Below, piece after piece: positions 41,812-52,998 of a stretch of DNA of 64,000 nucleotides (its first letter is position 1; each line of letters begins with the position of its first letter). Both the position numbers and the translations under genes were made by a program. The notes beneath the pieces are model-generated. The model was given only the letters and a program-made list of their open reading frames with translations, made no database searches and had not been told where the DNA came from. The stretch is from Candidatus Marinacidobacterales bacterium. Lineage in GTDB: Bacteria > Acidobacteriota > Vicinamibacteria > Marinacidobacterales > DATDRI01. Location: NCBI GenBank assembly GCA_965219415.1, contig CBDCNP010000002.1, positions 1,856,001 to 1,920,000 of the forward strand, read 5' to 3'.

Positions 41812-42936
41812 ATGTTCGAGAATCCAAGGAAACGTCTTCTCCTAGGCGCGTGGCTCGTTACGACGCTATTGATTGCCTTGGCCGCACCCTCGGCGGCTCT
41901 GGCTCAAGGTTTCTTGACCTACCAGACGGTCCACAGCCCCGGATTGGAAGGCAACCTCTTGGGGGATTCGCCGAACCGGCAGGTGATGGTCTACTTGCCT
42001 CCGAGCTACACGAGCTCTCAGAAAAGCTACCCGGTCGTTTATCTCCTACACGGGTACAACGGAACCAACACGTCGTGGCGGGATGGAAGCTATCAGGGCT
42101 TCAACATTCAAACCGCTATGAACCAGCTCATCGGCGAGGGCAAGATCCTGGAGATGATCGTGGTCATGCCTGATGGTCGCAATTCCTATGGCGGTTCCTA
42201 TTTCGTCAACTCTCCAGTCATCGGTAATTGGGAAGATTTTGTGGCGCGAGACCTGGTCAAGTATGTCGACGAAACCTATCGAACGCTTCCCGACGCAAGC
42301 AGCCGGGCCATCGTCGGCCAATCGATGGGAGGCTACTCGGCCCTCTACATCGCAATCAAGAATGCGGACGTCTTTAGTGCCGTGTACGGACTCAGTGCCT
42401 GTTGTTTGGATATGGTGAAAGATCTCGAGGCCGGCAACCCCGAATGGATTCCGGCCATAGAAGCAAAAGACAGGGACGACCTGCTCCGGACGCATTTCGA
42501 CACCCCGAGCCACGGAAACTACGCCAATGCGCTCACGGCATTGGCGGCAGGCCTGTCGCCCAATCCGGACGAGCCTCCCTTGTTCGTCGATTACCCTTAT
42601 GAGATCGTGAACGGCCAAGTCCGGAGGAATGACAGCGCCTACGACAAGTGGATCGCCAATTTTCCGGCCCACATGGTCGAGCAATATCGATCCAACCTTC
42701 TCAAGCTCAAGGGCATCCGTTTCGTCACCGGTATGTCCGACCACTTGCAGCACATTCCGGCAGGCAGCCGGGCCTTTTCGCAAGCGTTGACGAAGGCCGG
42801 AATCCCCCACGAGCTCGAGATGGATAACGCCAGCCATAATGAGCTGGTGCGTGAATGGATGGAAACTCGAGTCTTACCGTACTTCTCCTTGATTCTGAAG
42901 CACCAGAAGCCGGTGTGGGAGAGGCCGGAGTCCTAA
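41812..42936 (+). CDS. Putative esterase (alpha/beta hydrolase), secreted
   Basis: YLPPSY, YPVVYLLHG, GQSMGG nucleophile elbow; AAGGAGG RBS. Confidence 0.9.
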   Translation: MFENPRKRLLLGAWLVTTLLIALAAPSAALAQGFLTYQTVHSPGLEGNLLGDSPNRQVMVYLPPSYTSSQKSYPVVYLLHGYNGTNTSWRDGSYQGFNIQTAMNQLIGEGKILEMIVVMPDGRNSYGGSYFVNSPVIGNWEDFVARDLVKYVDETYRTLPDASSRAIVGQSMGGYSALYIAIKNADVFSAVYGLSACCLDMVKDLEAGNPEWIPAIEAKDRDDLLRTHFDTPSHGNYANALTALAAGLSPNPDEPPLFVDYPYEIVNGQVRRNDSAYDKWIANFPAHMVEQYRSNLLKLKGIRFVTGMSDHLQHIPAGSRAFSQALTKAGIPHELEMDNASHNELVREWMETRVLPYFSLILKHQKPVWERPES

Positions 42937-42941
42937 CCCGC

Positions 42942-44180
42942 TCAGCGAGTCCCCTCGTCGAGACGCATCGCCGTGTCTTCTACCGCACCTAGCACACGAA
43001 GCGCGTTCTCGCCGAGAACTTTGCGTAGCTCCGTTTCAGAGTAACCGCGACGTGCGAGCTCCACGGTAAGGTTGGGATAATCTCCTACATCCGCCATCCC
43101 TTCCGGAAAGCTCGGCGCGCCGTCGAAGTCCGATCCAAGACCGACGTGATCGATCCCGGCCACCTCGACGACATGATCGATGTGATCGGCGAGGAGCGCG
43201 AGAGGTGTCTCGGAGCGCCCCAGATTCCAAACCCAGTTCTTAGCGAACCTCCAACCGGTGCTCTTGTCGGGGTCTAGATACATCGTGAAGAAGTTGATCA
43301 TCACCACGCCTTCATTCTTCGCGACGGCGCGAAGCATGTCGTCGGAAAGGTTTCGTGGATGGTCGGCAATCGCCCGGACCGAAGAGTGCGATGCCATCAC
43401 CGGTGCCCTAGTGACCTCCATGACGTCCCAAAAAGTTTCGCCGGCAACATGCGAGATGTCGACGATCATCCCCAGACGATTCATTTCAGTGACGACTTCG
43501 CGCCCGAAATCGGACAACCCACCATGATGGGGGACATCGGCGTCATCGATATCCCCCGACGAGTCCGCCCAACCGTGGCTGAAGCTGTGAGTGAGCGTCA
43601 TGTAGCGGACACCCTTTTCGTGATAGAGCCGCAAGTTCGCGAGATCGTCCTCGATGGCATGGCCTCCTTCGAGCCCCATGAGAGCGGCGAGCTTGCCATC
43701 GGAAACGATTCTTCGAACATCTTCGGTCGACGCGGCCATCTCGGCGGCGTCCAGGTGACGGCCCACCTGCTCGCGAAGCGCATGGATAATATCCAGTGCC
43801 CGCTGCCGTGCCTTGCCGGGTTCGGCGGGATCGTAGAAATCGGGACTCACCCAGATCGAGAAGAAAGCAGCATCGAGTCCACCCCTGCGAACTCTCGTTA
43901 GGTCGGTGCTCGTGCGCACGCTGTCGCCTTCGGGCCGGCGAGGGAGCGAGGGGAAAGCGAAATAGAGCCAGGGGGCGCGATCGCTCTCTTCGTCGCCCTT
44001 CATCCCGAGACCGAAACCGAAGTCGAGCATCATTAGTGGCAGGTCGTTGTGACCGTCGACGACGATGGTTTCGGTGTGAATTTGGAGTGCACGCTCTGGA
44101 TTCACTTGCTGTCGTCCACCAGACGCTGCGGCGGCAAACAAGACAGCCAAGCCGAAGACGCTCGAACGGAGGCGCTTCAT
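42942..44180 (-). CDS. Membrane dipeptidase (peptidase M19)
   Basis: DGHNDLP, LEGGH, VDISH, ASHS, HPRN, GLGSDFDG. Confidence 0.93.
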   Translation of the reverse strand: MKRLRSSVFGLAVLFAAAASGGRQQVNPERALQIHTETIVVDGHNDLPLMMLDFGFGLGMKGDEESDRAPWLYFAFPSLPRRPEGDSVRTSTDLTRVRRGGLDAAFFSIWVSPDFYDPAEPGKARQRALDIIHALREQVGRHLDAAEMAASTEDVRRIVSDGKLAALMGLEGGHAIEDDLANLRLYHEKGVRYMTLTHSFSHGWADSSGDIDDADVPHHGGLSDFGREVVTEMNRLGMIVDISHVAGETFWDVMEVTRAPVMASHSSVRAIADHPRNLSDDMLRAVAKNEGVVMINFFTMYLDPDKSTGWRFAKNWVWNLGRSETPLALLADHIDHVVEVAGIDHVGLGSDFDGAPSFPEGMADVGDYPNLTVELARRGYSETELRKVLGENALRVLGAVEDTAMRLDEGTR

Positions 44181-44246
44181 GGGCGGATTCTACACCCAAG
44201 AGTTGCGAACGTGCCCGCCCGAGGGCAGAATGTCCGAGGAGGGAAG

Positions 44247-45023
44247 ATGAAAGTACCGAGCAAACCGGCGGTTGATATCGACGGGCTTCGAGAAGCGATT
44301 CGAGAGGAATACGAAACGGTCGCGTGCGAGCCTCAAAAGGGTTTTCACTTCCATACCGGCCGCTCTCACACCCAGCGTGTCGGGTACAACGAGGACTGGC
44401 TGAAGGGCATTCCCGACGGATCGATCGCGTCTTTCGCGGGAACGGGAAATCCGTTTAGCCTGGGTGAGCTTCGACCGGGAGAGCGTGTGGCAGACGTCGG
44501 ATGCGGCGCCGGCATCGACAGCCTGATCGCCGCGGGAATGGTTGGACCCGAAGGCCGAGTGATCGGCATCGACATTACGGAAGGCATGGTGAAAAAGGCG
44601 CGGGCCTCCGCCGGCGAAGCCGGAGTCAGGAACGCGGAATTCCGGCACGGCTTCGGAGAGAAACTACCCGTCGAGGATGGTCGGGCCGACGTCGTCATCT
44701 CGAACGGGGTACTCAACCTGATGCCCGACAAGCTGACGGCTCTTTCTGAAATGTCGCGTGTTCTCAAGCCAGAAGGTCGACTGCAGATCGCCGACATCGT
44801 GGTCCAGAGGGCGGTTCCAGAAGACGCCAAGGAAAGCATCGATCTCTGGACGGGGTGAATCGCCGGCGCTCTGCTGGAAGCAGAGCTCGAGGCCACCGTC
44901 GCGGCGGCCGGATTCAAGGACTTCGAGGTCACATGGCGGGCCCCCATCTATGAGGACGCACCGCAGAGGTCGAGCGCTAAGAACTTCGGTACCCTGGGCG
45001 TCAACTTTCGCGCCAGAAGATAG
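44247..45023 (+). CDS. Arsenite-methyltransferase-like SAM methyltransferase with in-frame UGA (probable Sec) at 44856-44858
   Basis: FHFHTGR, SFAGTGNPF, DVGCGAGID, VISNGVLNL, LWTG*IAGAL; frame continues 54 sense codons to TAG. Confidence 0.85.
44868..44886 (+). promoter_or_regulatory. SECIS-like hairpin
   Basis: GCTCTGCT-GGA-AGCAGAGC, starting 10 nt after the UGA. Confidence 0.7.
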
Positions 45024-45047
45024 CGTGCCGCCTGCAGATCGCGGAGT

Positions 45048-46778
45048 ATGAAGTATCTGGACGGCGCCACCGTCGAGGTCATCCGCAGCTATCTCTTCTC
45101 CGCCGCCAAAGAGATGCGGCGTACTCTCATACGCACCGCTTTCAACCCCGTCATATACGAAATCCTCGATTTCGGTATTTCCATTTACGATAGCCAGCTC
45201 GAGCCCATCGCCGAGGCTCCCAGCATGCTAACGTTTCTGGGCAGCAACGACTACGCGATCCGCAAAGGTGTTGAGTACATCGGTGAGGAGAACCTCGATG
45301 CGGGCGACATCGTCATCCTCAACTACCCGTACTGGAACTCGGCTCACGCTTCGGACGTCACACTCTTCGCGCCGGTGTTCGCCCCCGCCGCAAATCGGCC
45401 CTTCGCCTACACTTGCATCCGCGCGCATTGGATGGACCTCGGCGCGAAGGATGCCGGCTACGTCCTCGATTCCACCGACATGCATCAAGAAGGGCTCATC
45501 TTTCCGGGAACTAAGGTCTACAAAAAAGGTAAGCCCGATCCGCAAATCATCGATCTCATCCGTTTCAACTCGCGCATGCCGGACCTGGTGTTGGGAGACC
45601 TCCACGCTCAGGTCGCGTCCACACGCACCGGCGAGCGAAGACTAGTCGAGATCCTGGAGAAATTCGGCCGAGAAACTCTCGACACCGCGGTAACCCAAAT
45701 ACTGGATCACGGAGAACAACTCTCTCTCAACGCTCTAAAGGAGCTTCCGCGAGGCACCTGGAGTGCAGAGGGCTTCCTCGACGATGACGGCGTGACGGAC
45801 GAGATGATACCTATACGGGTCACCGTCACCATCGACGACGGGCGCTTCAAGGTGGATTTCACGGAGTCGGCAGGGGCGGTTGCGGGGCCGGTGAACGTTC
45901 CCTTTGGAGCGACCGTCACGCTGTGCAGGGCGCTCTTCAAAGCGCTGACTACTCCTCACTCACCGGCCAACGCCGGGAACTTCCGCCCTCTCGAGGTCGT
46001 CGCTCCCCCCGGAAATCTTTTCCATGCCGTCTACCCCGCGGCGACGTTCACGCTGTGGACGGTAACCGTCGCCATGGAACTAGTCGCAAAGGCGCTTGCT
46101 CAAGGGATGCCCGACCGCGTTCCCGCTTCCTCCGGAGGCGACGTCGTCGGTTTCATGATGGTGGGGATTCACCCGGAAACGAAGCAGTTCTTCGCGGTCA
46201 GCAACAACGATCCGATGGGCTGGGGTGCGACGATCGACCATGACGGCTCGAACGGCCTCAGCCACCCGCTCCAAAGCGTAGTGCGCAATACGCCGGTGGA
46301 GGTTCTGGAGACCAAGACCGGGATGTTCGTCGAACGTTTCGAGCTGAGGGAGGACAGCGGTGGGGCCGGCAAGTTCCGGGGCGGGCTCGGCATCGGGCTG
46401 GACGTCCGTTTCATCTCCGACGGCGAGTTTCTATCGGTGACAAAAAAGTCTAAGACCCGCCCCTGGGCGCTTGCGGGAGGCGCCGAGCCCGAGCCCAACG
46501 GAATGATCTTGTTTCCCGGAACGTCGCGAGAAAAGCGAGTCGGAACCTACCGTCTCCGGGTCTCTAAGGGAGACCGGATCCGCAGCATCACCGCCGGTGG
46601 CGGAGGATTCGGCAAACCCACCGAACGAGACCCGCGTCGAGTCTTGGATGATGTCCGAGACGGCTATATTTCCCCGCAAACGGCTCTCAAGGTATATAAG
46701 GTCGCGATCAACGAGCGTGGGCTCGACCCCTGCCCCACGGAGAAATTGCGACCCGACAAAGACGGGCCGGCGGAATAG
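45048..46778 (+). CDS. Hydantoinase B/oxoprolinase family protein
   Basis: EMRRTLIRTAF, AHWMDLG, NTPVEVLE, DSGGAGKFRGGLG, GGGGFGKP.ER. Confidence 0.92.
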   Translation: MKYLDGATVEVIRSYLFSAAKEMRRTLIRTAFNPVIYEILDFGISIYDSQLEPIAEAPSMLTFLGSNDYAIRKGVEYIGEENLDAGDIVILNYPYWNSAHASDVTLFAPVFAPAANRPFAYTCIRAHWMDLGAKDAGYVLDSTDMHQEGLIFPGTKVYKKGKPDPQIIDLIRFNSRMPDLVLGDLHAQVASTRTGERRLVEILEKFGRETLDTAVTQILDHGEQLSLNALKELPRGTWSAEGFLDDDGVTDEMIPIRVTVTIDDGRFKVDFTESAGAVAGPVNVPFGATVTLCRALFKALTTPHSPANAGNFRPLEVVAPPGNLFHAVYPAATFTLWTVTVAMELVAKALAQGMPDRVPASSGGDVVGFMMVGIHPETKQFFAVSNNDPMGWGATIDHDGSNGLSHPLQSVVRNTPVEVLETKTGMFVERFELREDSGGAGKFRGGLGIGLDVRFISDGEFLSVTKKSKTRPWALAGGAEPEPNGMILFPGTSREKRVGTYRLRVSKGDRIRSITAGGGGFGKPTERDPRRVLDDVRDGYISPQTALKVYKVAINERGLDPCPTEKLRPDKDGPAE

Positions 46779-47081
46779 GCCTGATTCCGCCAACCACCTG
46801 CACCACAGAGGGATACACTTCCCGGCGGCGCGTTTGTCGAAACCGATCGTAGGGCAACACCCAGTCGACTTTACTTACTTGTTACGGGAGTTTCCCCACA
46901 GGCTCGTTGCCGTTTACCCCCTCTTTTTTGAAATGTCGACCATGCCGTTTTCCTCTAACCCCCGAGAGAAAAATCAGTTCTGGGGGCCGGGGGAGCGCGT
47001 AGGGGGCGGGCATAGTTCTTGCTCTAAGTACCGGTTGAGGCGTCGTATCCCCAGCCTCGAGCCTCCAGAAAACAGGGAACT

Positions 47082-49089
47082 ATGAGCGATTCTGGAGCAA
47101 CTGACCCGAAGACAGGTCGCCACGCGGTTGTGGCGGCAGTCGGAAGCCGCTATCACATTCAGGCCAAGGTAGGCACCGGTGCCTTCGCCGACGTCTACGA
47201 GGCTCACGACGCGGTCTTGGACCGCACCGTCGCCATCAAACAGTTTCGTCTCGACAGCTTCGCCTACCCCAGCAAGATAGAAGACCTCAAGAAACGCATC
47301 TTGAGAGAGGCACAGGTGGCGGCGCAGCTGCACCACTCCAATATCGTGACCACCCACGACATCATCTTGACCGACGAGCGGTGCGTCATCGTCATGGAGT
47401 TCGTCGATGGAGTGACTCTGGAAGCGATTGTCGAGAAACACAGCCGGCTCGGCCTTCCCGACACGATCAATATCCTGTCGCAAGTGGCGGAAGCTTTAGA
47501 TCACGCCCACGCGCACAAGGTTGTTCACCGTGACGTGAAGCCTGCCAACGTGATGGTCTCCCGGTCGGGCGAAGTAAAGGTAACGGATTTCGGAATAGCC
47601 AAGACCGAGACTTCCACGAACCTCACCGCTAGCGGAAGCATCCTTGGAACGCCCGATTACATGTCGCCCGAGCAAGCTCGGGCCGAGCATGTGGACGGTC
47701 GATCGGATCTGTTCTCCCTCGGCTGCATCCTTTACGAATGCTTGTCGGGCAGGAAACCGTTTCGGGGAGACGGGTTGACCGGGGTGCTCCTCCAGATTGT
47801 CAACGAAGAGCCCGAACCTCTCGACTGCGAGACACTGGGATTGCCGGTCGCAGTTCAGGCCGTCTTGAAAAACGCTCTGGCAAAGGATCCCCTCAAGCGA
47901 TTCGCTTCTGGACGCGAGTTCGCGTTGGCTCTGCAATCGATCCCTGCCATCGACCCCGACGAGCCGAGCAAGATCTTTCTCGATGGGGAGAGCGCCGAAG
48001 AGTCCAAGAGCAAGCTCTCGACCAAGGAAACGACACCGATCCTCGACGACTCGGTGGCAGACAGCCTGATGAAAGAAGCTCGACGGACCACGCGGATCGA
48101 GCCACACCTTCGGGTACTTCTAGAAGAAGACCGCCGGCTACGTCTCGTTTCGTCTCCTTTGCTCCACTTCCACAACGTGAGCCTGACTCCGGAAGAGGCG
48201 TTCATCCTTTCGCGAATCGACCGAACTGTGGCACCGCGTGACGTCTTTAAGGTGAGCGCGCTTTCAGAAAAAGACACCGCACGCACCCTGCTAGGCTTGC
48301 TGCGTGCCGGAATCATCGAGCTCGGTGGGGCCACCTACCGCCAAGAGAGCAGCCCAGGAAGCCAAACCGGACGCCGCCTCGGACCATGTAGCCGAACCGC
48401 TCCGCCGAGAAATCGCGCAGCTCTTCGAGCTCTTTCAGCAACAGGACGACTGGCAAGTGCTCGGGGTAGGCCAGGAAGCGACGCCCGTCGAAATCAAGAA
48501 GGCGTTTCAAAAGAAAACCTTTCAATTTCACCCGGACCGCTATTCCGGGATCGACGACCCGGGGTTTCACAAAAAGCTATCTTTCCTCTTCACTCAGGTC
48601 AGCGAGGCCTTTGCAACGCTTTCAAACCGAATTCACGCAAACGAGGAAAGCGCCCCCGCTACGAAGACAGCGTCCACCACGAGCAAGATCGAAAATCGCG
48701 CTCGTGCGAGCTCTATCTTCGAGAGCGCCAACGATGCGTTCGAGGCAGAGGATTACTGGCAGGCGATCTTGCTCTGCCGAGAAGCTATCGATCTCGCTAG
48801 CGATCAAGCCGAGTATCACCATGTACTCGGTCTGTCTCTCGCCCAGAATCGCAAATGGCGACTAGAGGCGGAGCAGAACCTCAAGATGGCGACGATCCTC
48901 GACCCGGGCAATCCCGAGTACCTCAGCTCTCTCGGTACTCTCTACGAGCGCGAAAGTCTACGATTGCGAGCGCGGGCGATGTTCGAGAACGCGACCGCGG
49001 TGAGCGGATCATGCTCCATGACGGACGAAGCACTGGCATCTTTCTTGTTCCAAGACCGACCGGCATCGGTCTCGGAAAATCGACTTTGA
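47082..49089 (+). pseudogene. Ser/Thr protein kinase fused to DnaJ and TPR domains, frameshift near 48330
   Basis: GTGAFADV, VAIK, HRDVKPAN, DFG, YMSPEQ; second frame WQVLGV..FHPDRY (HPD) plus TPR. Confidence 0.8.
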
Positions 49090-49346
49090 GTTAGAACGAT
49101 AAACGAAGCCGGGCCCTAACCCTGGCGGAGTTGAAAGAGGGGAGGGAGCACGGAAAGCTCGACTCCTACGTGGTCGATACCATCGCCAAGCGTATTTCGG
49201 CTCTCTGGTAAGCCCGCGGCCCCATTGCCGCAGCTCTTATCTCTCTCAGTACTTGCGAGCATCCCTCCGCTCAAGTATCCTTGTCGGCGCTCCCGGGACG
49301 GACTTCGGTTCGAATTCCTCCCGAGCGTGTCGTTTCCAGCACTTGG

Positions 49347-49423
49347 GCGCCTGTAGCTCAGCTGGATAGAGCGTCTGCCTCCGGAGCAGAAGGCCAGAGG
49401 TTCGAATCCTCTCAGGCGTACCA
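49347..49423 (+). tRNA. tRNA-Arg(CCG)
   Basis: TCTGC-CT CCG GA-GCAGA; CCA end. Confidence 0.96.
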
Positions 49424-49429
49424 ACTATG

Positions 49430-49596
49430 ATGGACCGCCGACAAAAGTTACGCTGGTGCTCCGACTCGTCCTCTCCCTCAGGGAGAGGAATGAGGTGAGG
49501 GTGGTCCAAAAGATGGACCGACGAGGGAAACGAACAGTAGTTCCTCGTCGCTCAAACTACCCCTCTCCCCCTTGGGGAGAGGGATTGGGTGGGGGG
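49430..49596. repeat. Two REP-like R3 repeats between tRNAs
   Basis: ATGGACCG starts at 49430 and 49513; CCTCTCCC..GGGAGAGG palindromes. Confidence 0.65.
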
Positions 49597-49623
49597 TATG
49601 CCAACCCCATCCTCAAAGAGTGT

Positions 49624-49699
<76 letters not shown>

Positions 49700-49739
49700 A
49701 ACGAATCAAGAACGTCCGAGAAACCCGGCGCCTCGGCAC

Positions 49740-49908
49740 CGATTTGGTTCCACCTTCCCCCTGAACCTGTTTCCAGCAAATGGGCAAAGCTCCGCCCATC
49801 CTTCGGAATCCAGCGGGCATAAAACCGCAGCGTCGAGTCCGGCGACCTGTGGCCACGTTGGTGCGAGAAATAGGTTACTGGAGCCAGTCTCGCGAGGAGC
49901 AAGGACAC
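49740..49908 (-). pseudogene. Tyrosine integrase C-terminal remnant next to tRNA-Lys
   Basis: YFSHQRGHRSPDSTLRFYARWIP resembles the box II LGH..T..Y motif. Confidence 0.65.
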
Positions 49909-49993
49909 AGGCGAAGCTAATTGACAACGCTATAGGCGTCTTTTGGTATTGCACTCCCAACTGGTCCGTCGGGGCTAGTTCCTACCCAACCGA

Positions 49994-50844
49994 TTGACCC
50001 TCATCCCGAGCATCGGGAACAGCTTCGGGGTCGATAGCGTCCACTTGGTCGCGCACAGCAAGGGCGGGCTCGACGCGCGCGAATACCTGGCGACCTACCA
50101 GCCGGTCCGTGCGAACGACCTTACGATTCTCTCGTTCAACACCCTCAGCACTCCCCACAACGGCGCCGCCGGTGCCGACCTACTGGTTCTCCGGGATCGA
50201 GCCTTGGAGCAGACGGCCGAGCTCGATTTTGATGGGTTTCCTACATTCACCGAACAGGTTCTCAACGAGTTGCCCGCGCGGCGGACGCCGGCCAGCGGGA
50301 TCTGCCAACCTGGTTAACGGCCGTGTTCAACGCCAGGACCTTGCCGTCGCTGCTTTCCAGCCAGACCATCATCAACACGGTCGCCGACGACGCAGATCGC
50401 AACGACAACAACAGGATCGACAGCTTCCCAGACGAATACCTGGAGCTGAGGGAAGAAAGCACAGACCTAGCAAACCTCTTTGCGCAGAGTCCGTCAAACG
50501 CCGCGCTAGCGGTCACTGTCTTCTATCAAGTTGCGCAACGGGTGGCGAGCGTCGCCATCGATTTTGACGAGCGAAGGAAGTTCGGCGTCGGGAAGAGGCG
50601 GACGGTCGCGGTGCTCACCGCCAACCCCAATCCGCAGGAGCTGGGGAACGATACGCTCGTCACTATTCCCAGTGCTCAAGGACTGGGTTCTATCAGGCCT
50701 CACACGACGAGAAGGGTCATTTTCATAGGCAATCGGGGGCAGCAACAAGCCCGTAACCACGCGAGCGTAGCAGACGCGGGGGTGGCGTCAGTAGTGGCCC
50801 GGTGGATCATCCAGGCTGAGGAAATGCGGGGCGATCTGAAGTAG
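49994..50844 (+). pseudogene. Alpha/beta hydrolase (lipase-like) 3' fragment, frameshifted
   Basis: HLVAHSKGGLD, LSTPHNG, NDTLV, RNHASV spread over two frames. Confidence 0.6.
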
Positions 50845-50867
50845 ACAAGAAAAGCGAGAGCGCACTC

Positions 50868-51818
50868 TATGACCTCTAGAGGATCGAGATCAAAACTGTT
50901 GAGATTGTTCCAGGCGGCCGGGCTTGTAGCCGCGCTCGCCATTACCTTCGTATGGCTCAGCAAAGTAGGAAAAACGGCAAACAATCCCAGGAGATAGTCG
51001 GTGATGTGCCGCTCTTCGAGGCACCGGCATGGCGGACCCAGGGGGAGTTGCTGCTTCGTAGCTCGGGAGAGGACGAAGAAGACCTCCTCCTCATGCATCG
51101 GAAAGTCAAGGAGGTCTACCGCTACGATCCGAACACAGGGCGCTTGCGGGCGATGGTGCCCTATGAGGACTGGGAGCGGGCGACGGGGCCGATTGACGTT
51201 TACGAATCAGAACTCCCACCATCACCGCTCCGTCTGCGCGAGCTACTTGAGAGTTTGAAGTCTTTACCCGAAGCAGGATGGATGGTTCGGAGTGAAGGGC
51301 ATGACAAAGATACCCTCCTCCTCACGCACCTGAGACGCGAGATAGTCTACCGATACGACCAGGCGCCATTCAGGAGCTTTCCCTCGTACCCAACGAGCGT
51401 TGGGAGGCCGCCAGCGGGGCTGTTGTAGTCGACTGCGGTTTGCAGCCCCGTTCTGGCGCCCTGCACATCGACCCGCGGTCGAATCGCCTGCTTGCGAGAG
51501 AGCGGCCGGTGGACGTTGCGGGCAAGGTGGCGCTTGCTGGGAGCCTGTCACCGAGCGGCAGATGGGTAGCGGTACTTTCCGCCGCCGGGCCCGTGGTGAA
51601 ATCATCTGATGCCTTTCGGCGGGGGTGGCGCTTCGGGCCAGCACTACCACGAGGTACTCAGGGCTGACGACTTTTCGAGTACGGGACCGCCGGTGCGCCT
51701 ACCCTTCGAGACTGAGCGTGGATACTTTAGGGCCTGCTGGAGCGCCGAAGAAGACTACGTGGTCTACACCAATGTGTTTTTCTCCGACGTAGTCATCGTC
51801 CGATTTCAGAAGGATTGA
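50868..51818 (+). pseudogene. Hypothetical protein broken over several frames
   Basis: Consecutive coding-like fragments with a duplicated VYRYD motif. Confidence 0.4.
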
Positions 51819-51828
51819 GAGAAGGAAT

Positions 51829-52998
51829 ATGAAGACCGTGAGAGTCCGGACACTCGCGAAAAAGAACAATCCGTGGCTCACGGCCTCAATGCTTCTGACG
51901 CTGTCCGGTCTCCTGTGGGGACAGCCGGTCTCGCCAATGCTCGGTCTACTCGATGCGCGGTTCGAGCTCGATCGGCTGGCCCCCGGACAGACTGTTGGCG
52001 AGGCGGTCTTTGTCGTCGACGATGCCAGTGTCCTTGAGTTCAACATCACCAGCACGATCGCGGCACTCACCACCAGCATCGAGGGACCCAGCGGCGAGAT
52101 CATCGACGAGACGACGGTCGGGAGCTTTGGCGGTGAGTTTGCTGCGTTCGAGGGCGCTTCCGGAAGCGACAGTGGACTCATAATTCCTCTGAGCGCGCCG
52201 GGGTTCCACTTCCTCTACCGTTTCGCCAGCGTCGGACCAGGCACCTACACGGTCCGCTTCAGCGTTCCTGTGGGACTGACGCAAGAGGAGGCGGTGTTCA
52301 CGCAGCTTACTACCAACAGTCCACTCGTTGTGGGGCTCGTCGCGCCCGATTCCGAGGTGGTGCTCACCAATCTCGCCGTGCTGACCGCTGCAGTCTTTGA
52401 GGGAAGCGAGCCCGTGGGCGGCGCGAGCGCTGAGGTGTCCGTGCGAGATCCAGATGGCACCTACACAACCTTCAGCCTGGTGGACGACGGGGTCGAGGCC
52501 GACAACGCAGCCGGGGACGGTCTCTATAGCGGTGAGTTCGAGCCCTCGCTGCCCGGCCGCTACGCTGCCGTCGCGGACATCACGGGGACGACGTCCAGCG
52601 GACTTTCTTTCTCGCGGCAGGCGGCGGAGTTCACGGTGGTGCCGGTCAGGAGCCTGTTGACGGGCGGCTTCAGCGACATGGGGGTGGATGATGACGGCAA
52701 TGGTCTTTTCGATCGCATCTCGATCGAGGTGGACGCCGACACCGTAGAGGCGGGCGACTACCGTCTCTTCCTAACGCTGGATACCGTCGGCGGGAAGTCG
52801 CTGCTGCGCAGCACCAGCGCCAGCCTGGCGGTGGGGCCCAGCGTTCTCACCGTCGACTTCGGGACCGACGCGATCCAGCAGCTGAGAGAGGACGGTCCCT
52901 ACGAGCTGGCGTTGATGGAGCTGCTTTTCCTGCGACCGGCGGGCGCCCGCTCAGCGGACCGACTCCGGAATGTGGGCCAGGCTATGGAATCCGGCTGA
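51829..52998 (+). CDS. Secreted protein with choice-of-anchor-X-like (DDG..AGDG.YSG) domain, probably 3'-truncated
   Basis: Signal peptide, LVDDGVEADNAAGDGLYSGEF, DDDGNGLFD Ca-binding-like motif. Confidence 0.65.
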   Translation: MKTVRVRTLAKKNNPWLTASMLLTLSGLLWGQPVSPMLGLLDARFELDRLAPGQTVGEAVFVVDDASVLEFNITSTIAALTTSIEGPSGEIIDETTVGSFGGEFAAFEGASGSDSGLIIPLSAPGFHFLYRFASVGPGTYTVRFSVPVGLTQEEAVFTQLTTNSPLVVGLVAPDSEVVLTNLAVLTAAVFEGSEPVGGASAEVSVRDPDGTYTTFSLVDDGVEADNAAGDGLYSGEFEPSLPGRYAAVADITGTTSSGLSFSRQAAEFTVVPVRSLLTGGFSDMGVDDDGNGLFDRISIEVDADTVEAGDYRLFLTLDTVGGKSLLRSTSASLAVGPSVLTVDFGTDAIQQLREDGPYELALMELLFLRPAGARSADRLRNVGQAMESG

